A stretch of 64,000 bases of DNA from Candidatus Obscuribacteraceae bacterium. GTDB lineage: Bacteria > Cyanobacteriota > Vampirovibrionia > Obscuribacterales > Obscuribacteraceae. The stretch covers positions 96,001 to 160,000 of the forward strand of contig JBGASG010000001.1 of NCBI GenBank assembly GCA_044229845.1, read 5' to 3'. Position 1 is the stretch's first letter, and each line of letters starts with the position of its first letter. Shown here one piece after another: positions 1 through 8,676 of this stretch. The notes under the pieces were generated by a model. That model made no database searches, was not told the DNA's origin, and saw only the letters and a list, made by a program, of their open reading frames with translations. The position numbers and the translations under genes were made by a program.

Positions 1-12
1 GAGCCCAAATAT

Positions 13-441
13 TTGCACCTGGCTCAAATCCGAAGCATCTTGAAAAAGCCGAAGGAAACGGTGCGCGGATGGGTTGATGACCTTTGCGAAGCTGGACTCT
101 TGGAACACGACGGCAAATGGGGAAGGCAGTACAAATTCATTCTTGGTCCCGCCGAGGTCGATCCGTCTCAGAGCCTCGGGCTGGTGTCACCGGGGGCGGT
201 CCGGGCAAAAATGACCGGTCTTTCGGTCTCAGCTGAAGAGCCGGAACCGCAGAGGCTTTCTGATATACAGCTGCACCTCGGTCTAATCGGTTCTTCGCGC
301 TCGTCGACCGAAAGACCGGCGGCGAGTTCAGCTACCGGCACCCGGTCGAACAACCCGCCTATCAGGGATTCTGAACGACAGACCGAAAGACCGACAGAAG
401 ACGACGACACACCTCCGCCACTCGTCGAGGAGGTGTACTGA
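13..441 (+). CDS. Winged-helix DNA-binding protein, probably 5'-truncated by window edge
   Basis: HTH-plus-wing pattern LAQIRSILKKPKETVRGWVDDLCEAGLLEHDGKWGRQYKFIL; stop overlaps the start of the next gene (TGATG). Confidence 0.55.
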   Translation: MHLAQIRSILKKPKETVRGWVDDLCEAGLLEHDGKWGRQYKFILGPAEVDPSQSLGLVSPGAVRAKMTGLSVSAEEPEPQRLSDIQLHLGLIGSSRSSTERPAASSATGTRSNNPPIRDSERQTERPTEDDDTPPPLVEEVY

Positions 442-1340
442 TGGATATATCGAGAGACCTGTGTTCCCTTTTCCTGGACCGCTTCGTCAATCGCACGGAT
501 GTCTATAACCGCCAGTGGTGCCAAGGCGAAGACTTTGGATACGCCGCCACCTACGAGCCCGTCACGCTGGATTTGATTACTCAGCACCTCCTGGGCGCTG
601 TCACGCTGTCACTGCCCGCGCTCTCGTCGGAGTCTACTTGTAAATGGGTTGCGTGGGACTCTGACGCCGCAGATGGTGCCATCGACGCTCTGGCAGATGT
701 CCTTCAGTCCCACGGCTGGCATGCAATTCGGGAAGCTAAACGAGAGGCGCGTGACGGTCATTTGTGGGTGCTGTTCGATAAACCGGTGCCTTCCGTCCAT
801 GCCATTCGTTTTGGCGCCTGTTTCGAGCGCGCAGCGGGCATAGCGAAGGGTTCCATCGAGTTCTTCCCGAAACAACCGCGAGCCGCGAAAGTCGGCAGCG
901 CATTGAGGGCACCACTTGGAATTCATCGCAAGCCAAGTGCAGGCAATTGTCGGGGCTGGTTTGAGGGTCCCGCCCTGAATGTGGTGGCGCAGCTTGAATG
1001 GCTGGCGGCTCAGCCTCTGAACTCGGCGGCGGCACTCGTCGCCTACGCCGAAGAGCTGGAGCGCAGAGAGCGAGCAACCAATCCGCCGAAGAGAATACCT
1101 CCGCCGGTGAGTGGTGGCACTCGTCGCAATATCCTCGAATTAGTGCCAGAACATCAGCGGCGCAGACTGGGGTCGGAGATTGTCGCGCAGTGCCCAGCGT
1201 GCGCCGAGTCCGGTGGCGACACTCACGCCGATAACCTCCGCATCAAGGTGGACGGCTCGACGTTTTGCTGCGTTGAGGGAGGACCCGGGCGTGTTCATAA
1301 ACAAAGAGATATTCTGCGCGCCCTGGGGGCGTGGAACTAG
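441..1340 (+). CDS. Archaeo-eukaryotic primase (AEP, TOTE-like) with C-terminal Zn-binding domain
   Basis: Motifs FVNRTDVY, HLLG, WVAWDSD (DxD), GHLWVLF, IEFFPKQ, LRAPLG; C-terminal CPAC...FCC. Confidence 0.7.
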   Translation: MDISRDLCSLFLDRFVNRTDVYNRQWCQGEDFGYAATYEPVTLDLITQHLLGAVTLSLPALSSESTCKWVAWDSDAADGAIDALADVLQSHGWHAIREAKREARDGHLWVLFDKPVPSVHAIRFGACFERAAGIAKGSIEFFPKQPRAAKVGSALRAPLGIHRKPSAGNCRGWFEGPALNVVAQLEWLAAQPLNSAAALVAYAEELERRERATNPPKRIPPPVSGGTRRNILELVPEHQRRRLGSEIVAQCPACAESGGDTHADNLRIKVDGSTFCCVEGGPGRVHKQRDILRALGAWN

Positions 1341-1434
1341 CACCGAATATGGTGCAGCCCTTTCGTGACACGGAACAGAACAGATGCAGCACATCTATAA
1401 CTCAAATCAATAATTGCTAGAAAGGCAATTGTAA

Positions 1435-1782
1435 ATGCCAAACATCAAAACAATGTACATTAATCTAACCGATGACCTGAACGCGCCAGCGCAAGGAGTG
1501 GTGCTTCTGGGCGACGACCTGAGCACCAAGTTCCGGATCACCAGACCAGCCCCGGGGATGCCCGCTTCTGTCGAATTCAGAGAAGCGATTTTTGATTCAC
1601 CTGACACCGAGGAGCGAGCCGTAGCTGTCATCATGGCTGACTATGGATACCTAAAGCGGAAGTTTGTTCGACTTTTCCGAAATGACCTGATCGCAAGCCC
1701 TGACCAGTTTGGGATGTGCGTCCCGCGACTCTTGGTGCAAGGAAGAACCAAACCGAGTTCAGAGCCGGAGGACAACTTCTAA
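1435..1782 (+). CDS. Hypothetical protein
   Basis: 115-aa ORF with AGAAAGG upstream and a terminator downstream. Confidence 0.55.
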   Translation: MPNIKTMYINLTDDLNAPAQGVVLLGDDLSTKFRITRPAPGMPASVEFREAIFDSPDTEERAVAVIMADYGYLKRKFVRLFRNDLIASPDQFGMCVPRLLVQGRTKPSSEPEDNF

Positions 1783-1808
1783 GATCTGTTTAGAGGTGTG
1801 AATAAGTC

Positions 1809-1845
1809 AATGCTGCCACTACTCCCGGTGGCAGCATTTTGTCTT
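1809..1845. terminator. Rho-independent terminator between convergent genes
   Basis: AATGCTGCCAC-8 nt-GTGGCAGCATT perfect 11-bp stem followed by a T-rich tract. Confidence 0.75.
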
Positions 1846-2834
1846 TAGCCCCACTCCAGCGGTTCGCGCAGCGCCTCTTCGATATCTTTGTCGCACCCGC
1901 ATTTGCACTCAATTAGTAACTTGCAGCCCAAATTAAGGCGACTGAGCTTATCGGGACTTTCATCGATCATCATGAATTCGGAGCCGTTCATCGTTAGCTT
2001 TGCACCGATAATCCATTCTTTATTCGGACCGAAGAATCCGCAACGATCATGGTACGAAAATCGGTGTTTACCGTAGAGGGCATCGACTTGGATAAATGCA
2101 ACCCTGTTGGAGCCAAGTCGATTCATATGCAGGATGCGCGTACCTCTCCACTCAACAATAAGTTCCGACTTGGGCGTAAGAATGTCGAATCCATCGGATG
2201 GCACCACTATTAATTCATTTCGCCTTATCAGTGCAAATAGTCCACTTTCGTTGAAAAATGCCGCGTTCAGTGATAGGACTGATGAGGTAGATGGTTCTGT
2301 GTCGGCATCGAACCAGAGTACTGGAATTGCATTGATTTGAACCGTGGCTCCCTCAGTGAACTCACCCCGGTTGCCCTCCCGCCCTAGCAATAGCCGGGTG
2401 GGAAAACCTGGAAGGAAAAACTCATCCTCGCGAACGAATCCCTGCTGCTTAGCCCTCGGATTAGCGCGCGCGGCTGCTACCTGAGTATCGTCGATGGCGC
2501 CGCGAGTCTTCATATTGTGGTGCCTAACGCAAATCATCGCTATGCCCTCAGCGGCATGGTCGAATTTGAGATTCGCGAAAGTGGGTTTGAAATGATCGTA
2601 TTCGCAAATGGCGGCGCCGCAAAAGACGCAACCGAAACCACACTCCTCCCGAACCTGCTGTTTAACACTGACCGGCAGATGGCGGCTGACCCCGTAGCGG
2701 TTGTAGTCCTTGAATTGCTTGCGCGGCTCGCCGGTCTCGTCAGTGAGCACCTTGTCGCATGCGCGGCATTGTGTCGCCTTCGTCGGAATAGACTCTGCGC
2801 AGTGCGTGCATGGTTCTGTTTCTTGCCTACCCAA
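1845..2834 (-). CDS. Zn-ribbon + HNH endonuclease domain protein
   Basis: N-terminal CTHC...CRAC; VREECGFGCVFCG...EYDH...MICVRHH HNH pattern; beta-rich C-terminal domain. Confidence 0.7.
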   Translation of the reverse strand: MGRQETEPCTHCAESIPTKATQCRACDKVLTDETGEPRKQFKDYNRYGVSRHLPVSVKQQVREECGFGCVFCGAAICEYDHFKPTFANLKFDHAAEGIAMICVRHHNMKTRGAIDDTQVAAARANPRAKQQGFVREDEFFLPGFPTRLLLGREGNRGEFTEGATVQINAIPVLWFDADTEPSTSSVLSLNAAFFNESGLFALIRRNELIVVPSDGFDILTPKSELIVEWRGTRILHMNRLGSNRVAFIQVDALYGKHRFSYHDRCGFFGPNKEWIIGAKLTMNGSEFMMIDESPDKLSRLNLGCKLLIECKCGCDKDIEEALREPLEWG

Positions 2835-2980
2835 GGTTCCCGGCTCCGATTAGGGAATCCGGGATTATATAGCTTTGGCGCACGAATGTATATATCGACT
2901 TGGGCGAAAATGTCATCGGTGTGAATAAGCGCTATCGGGGGCTCCCGGATGTGAAAAGGGAGGGGTACCCGGGTAGGTCT

Positions 2981-3328
2981 TTATGTGGTACCGGATATGG
3001 TGCGCATCCAGGAGCGGTGCATTTGCCAGCTCGACGCTGCGAGCCTCACCTCACTGTACAATGCCACACCGGCATTGTCGGTCCAAGGGCAGTGATCATC
3101 GAGCAGTTCGGACGCATCGCCCGCGTAGATGTCCACACTATCCATCAGCACGTAGTGAAGCGCTGCTCCGTCCTCGTCCAGCAGTAAGACTCGCTTGCCC
3201 TCTGCCGCCTGGTCGAAGATGAGCGCGCCCGTCTCTCTGACGCAGCACCTAATAGCGGCGACTTCGGCAGCCGTGAGCGCCGCGTCCCCTTCAATGAGTT
3301 CGAGGAGCGCGAGGTCGTTACTTAACAC
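2981..3328 (-). CDS. Hypothetical protein coupled to integrase
   Basis: 115-aa acidic ORF whose start overlaps the integrase stop. Confidence 0.5.
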   Translation of the reverse strand: MLSNDLALLELIEGDAALTAAEVAAIRCCVRETGALIFDQAAEGKRVLLLDEDGAALHYVLMDSVDIYAGDASELLDDHCPWTDNAGVALYSEVRLAASSWQMHRSWMRTISGTT

Positions 3329-4577
3329 GTCGAAGGTTCCTGCGCCCGTCGGTCGCGGTAATAGAGGGCGGCGTCGCCGGTCCGGGAATCGGCTGCTCGG
3401 GCTGTCCCTTTAGATATTGCTGCGCTTTCTCCATCGCGTCTCTCAGTGGATCGACAGCCAGGTGCGTGTACCTTTCAGTCATTCGGGAGGAGCTGTGCCC
3501 TAGGGCGCGTTGAATCATGAACGCTGACGCCCCGCTCATGCCCAGCGTCGAGCCGACAGTGTGCCGCAAGTCATGGAGCACCATGTCTGACAATCCGGCT
3601 TCTTTCCGGACTATTCTCCAGGTTGCCTCAACGGCGGCGATGTGCCCCGTCTTCGTTGGCTGTCTGGTCCTCTCTGGAAACACCCACGGCGTAAAGACTT
3701 GGAGCTGTGAACGGCGATTGAGCACGTTCAGCGCCGCCTCCGTCAGCGGTACCACTAACGGCTTGCGTTGCTTCGTGGTGCGAGCAGGCACTGACAGACA
3801 ACGATTAGCAAAATCAACATGCTCCCATCGCATCGCCAAAACGTTCGACTTCCGCAGCCCAGTAAATAAAAGTAGTTCGATTGCATCACTTGAATCGCAA
3901 GGGTGGTTCCTGAGCGCCCTCATGAGGCGGTCGAATTCGTCGCCGGGCTTAACGTATCGCTCCCGCCCGTATTCAGCAAAGCGTTTAACACCAAGCGTCG
4001 GGTCTCTCAAGAGTTTGATTACATCGTGAATGAGACACCAATTAAGGCACGCCTTAAAGAAGGTAAATTGCTTGTTCGCAGTCGCCGCACCGAACTCCTC
4101 GGCGGTTTCGTTCACCCAGGTTTGAACATCGATTGATTGAATCTGAGCCACTGGCACATCGTGGAAGCGTGCGCAATAACGCTGAAAGCCCATCTCTGCA
4201 TCCGCCACGGTCCGCGGCGCGGTGTGCTGCCGCAGGTGACCATCCATGTAACTCTCAAACGCCTGACGGTACGTGCGAGTTTCCTTCCGCAGCCTTTGTC
4301 GCATCACTCCCGGCTGAATGTCGAATTCTAGGGCACCGTCGATTTCCTCAGCCTTATCGCGTGCATCATGCACCGGCATTCGAGGCCATGTTCCTAGCTT
4401 TAGCTTGTTGAGACGCATTTTGATGCGTCGGACGTAGTACCAATCCCTTCGACCATCGGGATAGATTCGCAAGCCTAAATGGGGCCGCCGGGCATCCCAG
4501 ATGAAGTATTCAGACTCTTTCGACTGAAGATTTACGATGAGCGCGTCTGTCAAATCGGGCTTGTTTGCGATTGTCAT
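3318..4577 (-). CDS. Tyrosine integrase, P4-like with Arm-type DNA-binding N-terminal domain
   Basis: Catalytic R (TGLRKSN), HDLRH, LGH and Y (TERYTH); N-terminal WD...LGLRIYPDGRRDW...KLGTWP. Start moved from 4856 to ATG 4577 (GAGGT Shine-Dalgarno at 4588-4592). Confidence 0.92.
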   Translation of the reverse strand: MTIANKPDLTDALIVNLQSKESEYFIWDARRPHLGLRIYPDGRRDWYYVRRIKMRLNKLKLGTWPRMPVHDARDKAEEIDGALEFDIQPGVMRQRLRKETRTYRQAFESYMDGHLRQHTAPRTVADAEMGFQRYCARFHDVPVAQIQSIDVQTWVNETAEEFGAATANKQFTFFKACLNWCLIHDVIKLLRDPTLGVKRFAEYGRERYVKPGDEFDRLMRALRNHPCDSSDAIELLLFTGLRKSNVLAMRWEHVDFANRCLSVPARTTKQRKPLVVPLTEAALNVLNRRSQLQVFTPWVFPERTRQPTKTGHIAAVEATWRIVRKEAGLSDMVLHDLRHTVGSTLGMSGASAFMIQRALGHSSSRMTERYTHLAVDPLRDAMEKAQQYLKGQPEQPIPGPATPPSITATDGRRNLRRVK

Positions 4578-4942
4578 TTTTGCTGTTACCTCAGTGGTTA
4601 CCTGGCTGACGCAGGACCGAGCCCGCAATCGATCCGCCGGCGCACCATTCGCGGTGCCGTCATACTCCTCCTTTAGGAGGCGGTCCTGTCCATTAAACAC
4701 CCCTATCAGACCCTGTGCAGGGTCGACTAAACCCGCTTGCCGTGCGGCTCCCAGGAGATGCTCACTATTTGGACGCGCACTAAATAAGACACCGGGGTAC
4801 GGAACGGCAAAACCGGCGGGAACCATCCCGCAACATCGTGCGAGATCGGCGCCCAATAGTTAGCAAATGCCGGGAGCAAAGGTCAGCTTAACGATTCGTT
4901 GCGTTCGAACCATCAATCGTTTCAGTGTCTTCTGGGCTTTGT

Positions 4943-5281
4943 TCAGCCTTCTTTCTCGCGCGCTCTGTCCGTATCGCGTTTTTGCTTGCGCTTTTGTTTT
5001 TCAAGCTGGGCTTCTTCTCGTTCCGCTTCAAGCCCCAGATTTTTCTGCCATTCCATGACGGGTTGTAGGGCGAGAATCCAGATGACTAGACCCGGAAAAA
5101 CGCCGATGAAGACGCCAAGATCGCGGTGCCTTTCTAGCGCAGGAAAAAGTCCAAAAAGCATTCTAATAGACCCGTCTGTGCAAAAGAGGTAAGCACATAG
5201 CATAAAGAGCCACACCGCGGCAACTTTCGCCAGGTGGAGTAACGCGGCGAAGCTGTCGTAAAACCGTCGAGAGTCTTTCAT
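4943..5281 (-). CDS. Small two-TM membrane protein with charged C-terminal tail
   Basis: Two hydrophobic segments followed by an E/K/R-rich tail; ATG 5281 lies 1 nt after the previous stop. Confidence 0.55.
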   Translation of the reverse strand: MKDSRRFYDSFAALLHLAKVAAVWLFMLCAYLFCTDGSIRMLFGLFPALERHRDLGVFIGVFPGLVIWILALQPVMEWQKNLGLEAEREEAQLEKQKRKQKRDTDRAREKEG

Positions 5282-5282
5282 T

Positions 5283-5732
5283 TCAAGTTTGGGTTGATTC
5301 AGACCAAGTGCGCGTTCTGCCGGAATTCGACAATTCAATGGAACTGGAATTTCCAACGCAACCCATGCTGATTAGTGCATTGCCGTCAGCATCAGCGAAA
5401 CCCAGTGAACCTAGACCATCCGCTCCTACGCCCACCATGAACCTAGGGTTGCCGTGAACATCGTACATGCGGATAAGCGCATGCGCTTGGTCATCAATTT
5501 CAATCGTCACTCGGGGCGAGCCGTGCTCGTGGAGTAATGCAATCATTGGAATGTCGCGTCCCACCCCAGACAGCCCAACAAATGCACGAGGCTCTCCTTT
5601 TCTGTCATGGAGTGTCAAGTTCACGTGATTGTCTTCGTCTACTCCAAGGTATGCCCGGATTTGTCCGTTCAGGTCTCTCACATGGAAGGATTCGGCTTCT
5701 ACCACCTTCGCCTTCAAAACTTCATCGCTCAT
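5283..5732 (-). CDS. Hypothetical beta-hairpin repeat protein
   Basis: GGAGG Shine-Dalgarno; about 5 repeats of D-x-x-G-x-x-R-(hydrophobic) at ~22-25 aa spacing. Confidence 0.65.
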   Translation of the reverse strand: MSDEVLKAKVVEAESFHVRDLNGQIRAYLGVDEDNHVNLTLHDRKGEPRAFVGLSGVGRDIPMIALLHEHGSPRVTIEIDDQAHALIRMYDVHGNPRFMVGVGADGLGSLGFADADGNALISMGCVGNSSSIELSNSGRTRTWSESTQT

Positions 5733-5747
5733 TGTAATTGCCCTCCA

Positions 5748-6422
5748 TCAACACCGATAATCTTCTTCAATTCCTAATGCCACCGCCTGCGACACCGCGA
5801 CAACGGCGCTACAGACTTCGTTAATTTTGTCTCCGAACGCCTTAAGCTCATCGCGAGTCATCGTCGGCTTTTTGAGGTGCAAGACTTCTCTGGTGAAAAC
5901 GTTTTCAAATATTTCATCTGCGAAGGCGAACCGATCAGGATACGGACCGCCATAGTTCCTGACTATTTTGCCTACCGAGGAACCGTGTGCCTGGACATCA
6001 ACAATCGCTTTTTCGAGCCAATCATGGAGAACCTTGTGCTTGTGATCGAAGTAATGGAATGTACCCCGATTGCGAATTCGGTTGAAGATTTCGAACATCT
6101 CTTTGCGTGGACCGCTTGGGGTCACCTCTCGCAATAGTTCGAGTGCTGGAGTCGCACGTCTTTCTATCAGCGCTTTTACTTGGTATCCTTTGTCGGTTAG
6201 TTCAACCAAGGGGAGTGCTTCCATGGCATGAGAGCACATCAAACGCATGATGTACGAGCGAGTGCCTTCACGGAACTCTGAGAACTTCGGGTTGTCGTAC
6301 TTTTCGTCGAGTGCTATATGCATAATGAATGCAGACATCAAATCGTGCCCTACCATTACCCAGGCAATTGCCAGCCCGGACTCGGGCATTTGCTCCAGCC
6401 GCGAATACTTGATGAAGTGCAT
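5748..6422 (-). CDS. Candidate HEPN-family RNase
   Basis: Helical-looking 224-aa protein with Rx5H motif (IRNRGTFHY) and an upstream Glu (SHAMEAL); start set to ATG 6422, after the protease stop. Confidence 0.5.
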   Translation of the reverse strand: MHFIKYSRLEQMPESGLAIAWVMVGHDLMSAFIMHIALDEKYDNPKFSEFREGTRSYIMRLMCSHAMEALPLVELTDKGYQVKALIERRATPALELLREVTPSGPRKEMFEIFNRIRNRGTFHYFDHKHKVLHDWLEKAIVDVQAHGSSVGKIVRNYGGPYPDRFAFADEIFENVFTREVLHLKKPTMTRDELKAFGDKINEVCSAVVAVSQAVALGIEEDYRC

Positions 6423-6453
6423 GATCGTTTGAATCAAAATTGAATCTCTCGTC

Positions 6454-7500
6454 CTAATGAACTGATACTGGCGCGAGTGGACCGTAGCCACGGATCTTGT
6501 GTCCCCGCTTAGTGAGTTCGCGGGCAACAATCTCAAGCAATTCTTTGAGGTTCTGAGCAGGTTCCACCGTGGCAAGTCCAGGTGCCTCAGTCTTGGTATA
6601 GACTGTCATCACCCTTGATACGGCAATGCCTCCAACCGCGTCCGTGACAGGGATTGAAAATTCGATAGGGATAGACAGCGGGGGGAATCCCTTTACCACG
6701 CCTAATACGCGCGTCCCGACATTTCTGCTGTCTGGTGAGGTCGCTCCAGGACGCACGCGTATTTGTTCGGGTGCGATAAAGACCGGCGAACCGCTAGCAC
6801 CATGGGTAATGCCTAGCTCGCACATATAGGCTTGCTGTGGAATCGGCATAGCATCACTCGTAAGCCAATACTCGTCAGATAGCATCGCCACTTTTCCACT
6901 TCTAATTAGCGGCAGATTCTTTTGAAATCCCGCATAGCCGAGAAAGTATCCTGCGGTGAAAACCTCTGAGCCTTCTGTTACGCCGACGAGTTTGATTCGT
7001 TCAATGTCTAACAGACAATCATGCCCAATGCTAGCGGGATTGGTGTCCGTGGGTGCTTTCACTTGTAGCGCCACAAGGTCAACATCAGCACGGTCGGGCT
7101 GGAAAAAATTCTGGTCGGGCGGGGAAGACTTTAGCGGAAACGGCTGACAAACAGCATTCCCATTGACTCCGTTTAGTCTCAAGACCACTTCGTCATGCCC
7201 AGCAACGACATGCCTGTTCGTAATCAGAAGCAACTGCGTCCTAGGCGTGGATGGGTCGTCTTCGAGAGTTAAATGCATGAAAAAGCCGGTGCCGAGCGTG
7301 TCCTTTGCGTTCGTGCAAGGCTCAGAGCCTTTCCTGTAGATGAAAACAATGCTCTCTTTTGCTTTGGTATACGGGCTGACGTACTTTTCTGGGGATACCT
7401 CCGCCTCGGACAAAGGCGCATCGCTGTGTGCCAAACAGGGATGAAGAGCAACGACTAATCCAGTCACTAATCCAGTCAACGCGTGAACAATCCGGCGCAA
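6454..7500 (-). CDS. Trypsin-like serine protease with probable signal peptide
   Basis: GTGFF, ITNRHVV (His), VDLVAL (Asp), HGASGSPV (Ser). TTG start at 7500 with GGAGG 8 nt upstream gives MRRIVHALTGLVTGLVVALHPCLAHS. Confidence 0.85.
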   Translation of the reverse strand: MRRIVHALTGLVTGLVVALHPCLAHSDAPLSEAEVSPEKYVSPYTKAKESIVFIYRKGSEPCTNAKDTLGTGFFMHLTLEDDPSTPRTQLLLITNRHVVAGHDEVVLRLNGVNGNAVCQPFPLKSSPPDQNFFQPDRADVDLVALQVKAPTDTNPASIGHDCLLDIERIKLVGVTEGSEVFTAGYFLGYAGFQKNLPLIRSGKVAMLSDEYWLTSDAMPIPQQAYMCELGITHGASGSPVFIAPEQIRVRPGATSPDSRNVGTRVLGVVKGFPPLSIPIEFSIPVTDAVGGIAVSRVMTVYTKTEAPGLATVEPAQNLKELLEIVARELTKRGHKIRGYGPLAPVSVH

Positions 7501-7583
7501 AGAACTTTCCTCCAGAGTGAGATAGGGAGATAGCCCGACTACAATGACCTCGTTCGCGGTGTCCGATTCGACGCAAGTTCGTA

Positions 7584-8672
7584 TCACGACTCATTTTTGC
7601 TTTTTACTGTCACGTCGATGGTGACTTCATCGGCATCCGACGTCAGCTCAGGGGGTAGTTGCACTTTATCAACGCGATTATTGACTTGATGTATATCGTT
7701 GGCTTGTCCCTCGACGTAGATTCCGGCAAAACCTTCGGTGAAGGTAGTGATGTGTTGCGTGAAGCCGGACTCGAAATCCTCACTGCAAAAAGGTATTGCC
7801 CCTTTGAAGGTCGCATACAGAGGTAACTCTAAGCTTTGAGCGGCCTTGTAGATCTCGTGAAGAGTGGTTCTGTTGGAGCACAGTTTAGTAGAGAGCAATA
7901 CGCCCTTGCAATCGCCTTCGCGGCCGTGTTTTCTCAGCCAGCTCGCAAGGTGGACTTCGAGTCTGTCTAGACCGGTGTGACCAAAACACAGGTAGAACTC
8001 GTCGCCATGAAGTTGTCCCCACTCGCGAATCTCAATGTTCTCATGCGGATCATTCTGATAACAGTAGCCGTAGACCTTAGGTCGACTGTCCGACCCTGAA
8101 TGCTGTTCGAAGTGGAGCTGGGTTGCATCGTAGTATTTTGGAAACAACTCCTTCTTAAAGCCTGCAAGCGCGTCTTCGAATTCCTCGACCATCCCACTGC
8201 CAGAGGGCATGCGAGCAAATCGGACAAAAGCATCCGCTGCTTCTTTTCCTAGCACCGAGTGAATAGCGTCGCGTATCCGATTTTTGCATTGTCCAACCAT
8301 TTTAATTGCGCCTAATTCGGTAGGCATCTCCCGTTGCAATGTTGCACGCGTGAGGCTTATGTCCTGCTCGGCGCCGATGAGTGTTGTTATTGCTGTGCCG
8401 AGGTCCGTGAGCTTGCCATCGTTCGTTACAAGACCGATGGCTTCCAAATATTGCACCCCCTCGTCCTGCAACTTCAATATCATAGTGCTCGTTTCACGCA
8501 GCCAATGGTTGTGAAGAGCGACTCTCAGCGCGCCTTCGGTCGGGAGTTCATCGGGATTGTTTCGCCCGGATATTGCTCCTCTCCATATGGCTCCTCTGAA
8601 GCAATGGCTGTCATCATTGAAAGCGGTCAGTAATACTTGAATTACTCGCCAATCTCTCTCTGAATGTCTCAT
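7584..8672 (-). CDS. Modular hypothetical protein C (wHTH-like + helical bundle + alpha/beta domain)
   Basis: 362-aa ORF with GGAGG upstream; N-terminal ALRVALHNHWLRE...LKLQDEG and GLVTNDGKLTDLG wing motifs. Confidence 0.7.
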   Translation of the reverse strand: MRHSERDWRVIQVLLTAFNDDSHCFRGAIWRGAISGRNNPDELPTEGALRVALHNHWLRETSTMILKLQDEGVQYLEAIGLVTNDGKLTDLGTAITTLIGAEQDISLTRATLQREMPTELGAIKMVGQCKNRIRDAIHSVLGKEAADAFVRFARMPSGSGMVEEFEDALAGFKKELFPKYYDATQLHFEQHSGSDSRPKVYGYCYQNDPHENIEIREWGQLHGDEFYLCFGHTGLDRLEVHLASWLRKHGREGDCKGVLLSTKLCSNRTTLHEIYKAAQSLELPLYATFKGAIPFCSEDFESGFTQHITTFTEGFAGIYVEGQANDIHQVNNRVDKVQLPPELTSDADEVTIDVTVKSKNES

Positions 8673-8676
8673 CGAC

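Noticed and set aside
4578..4856. N-terminal 93-aa extension of the integrase ORF
   Set aside because: Not domain-like; a Shine-Dalgarno and the family-typical start lie at 4577.
4578..4942. Possible att duplicate of the tRNA-Pro 3' end near the integrase (TTCGAACC ~4904)
   Set aside because: Only a short imperfect match; no convincing copy of the tRNA 3' end was seen in 1-11188.
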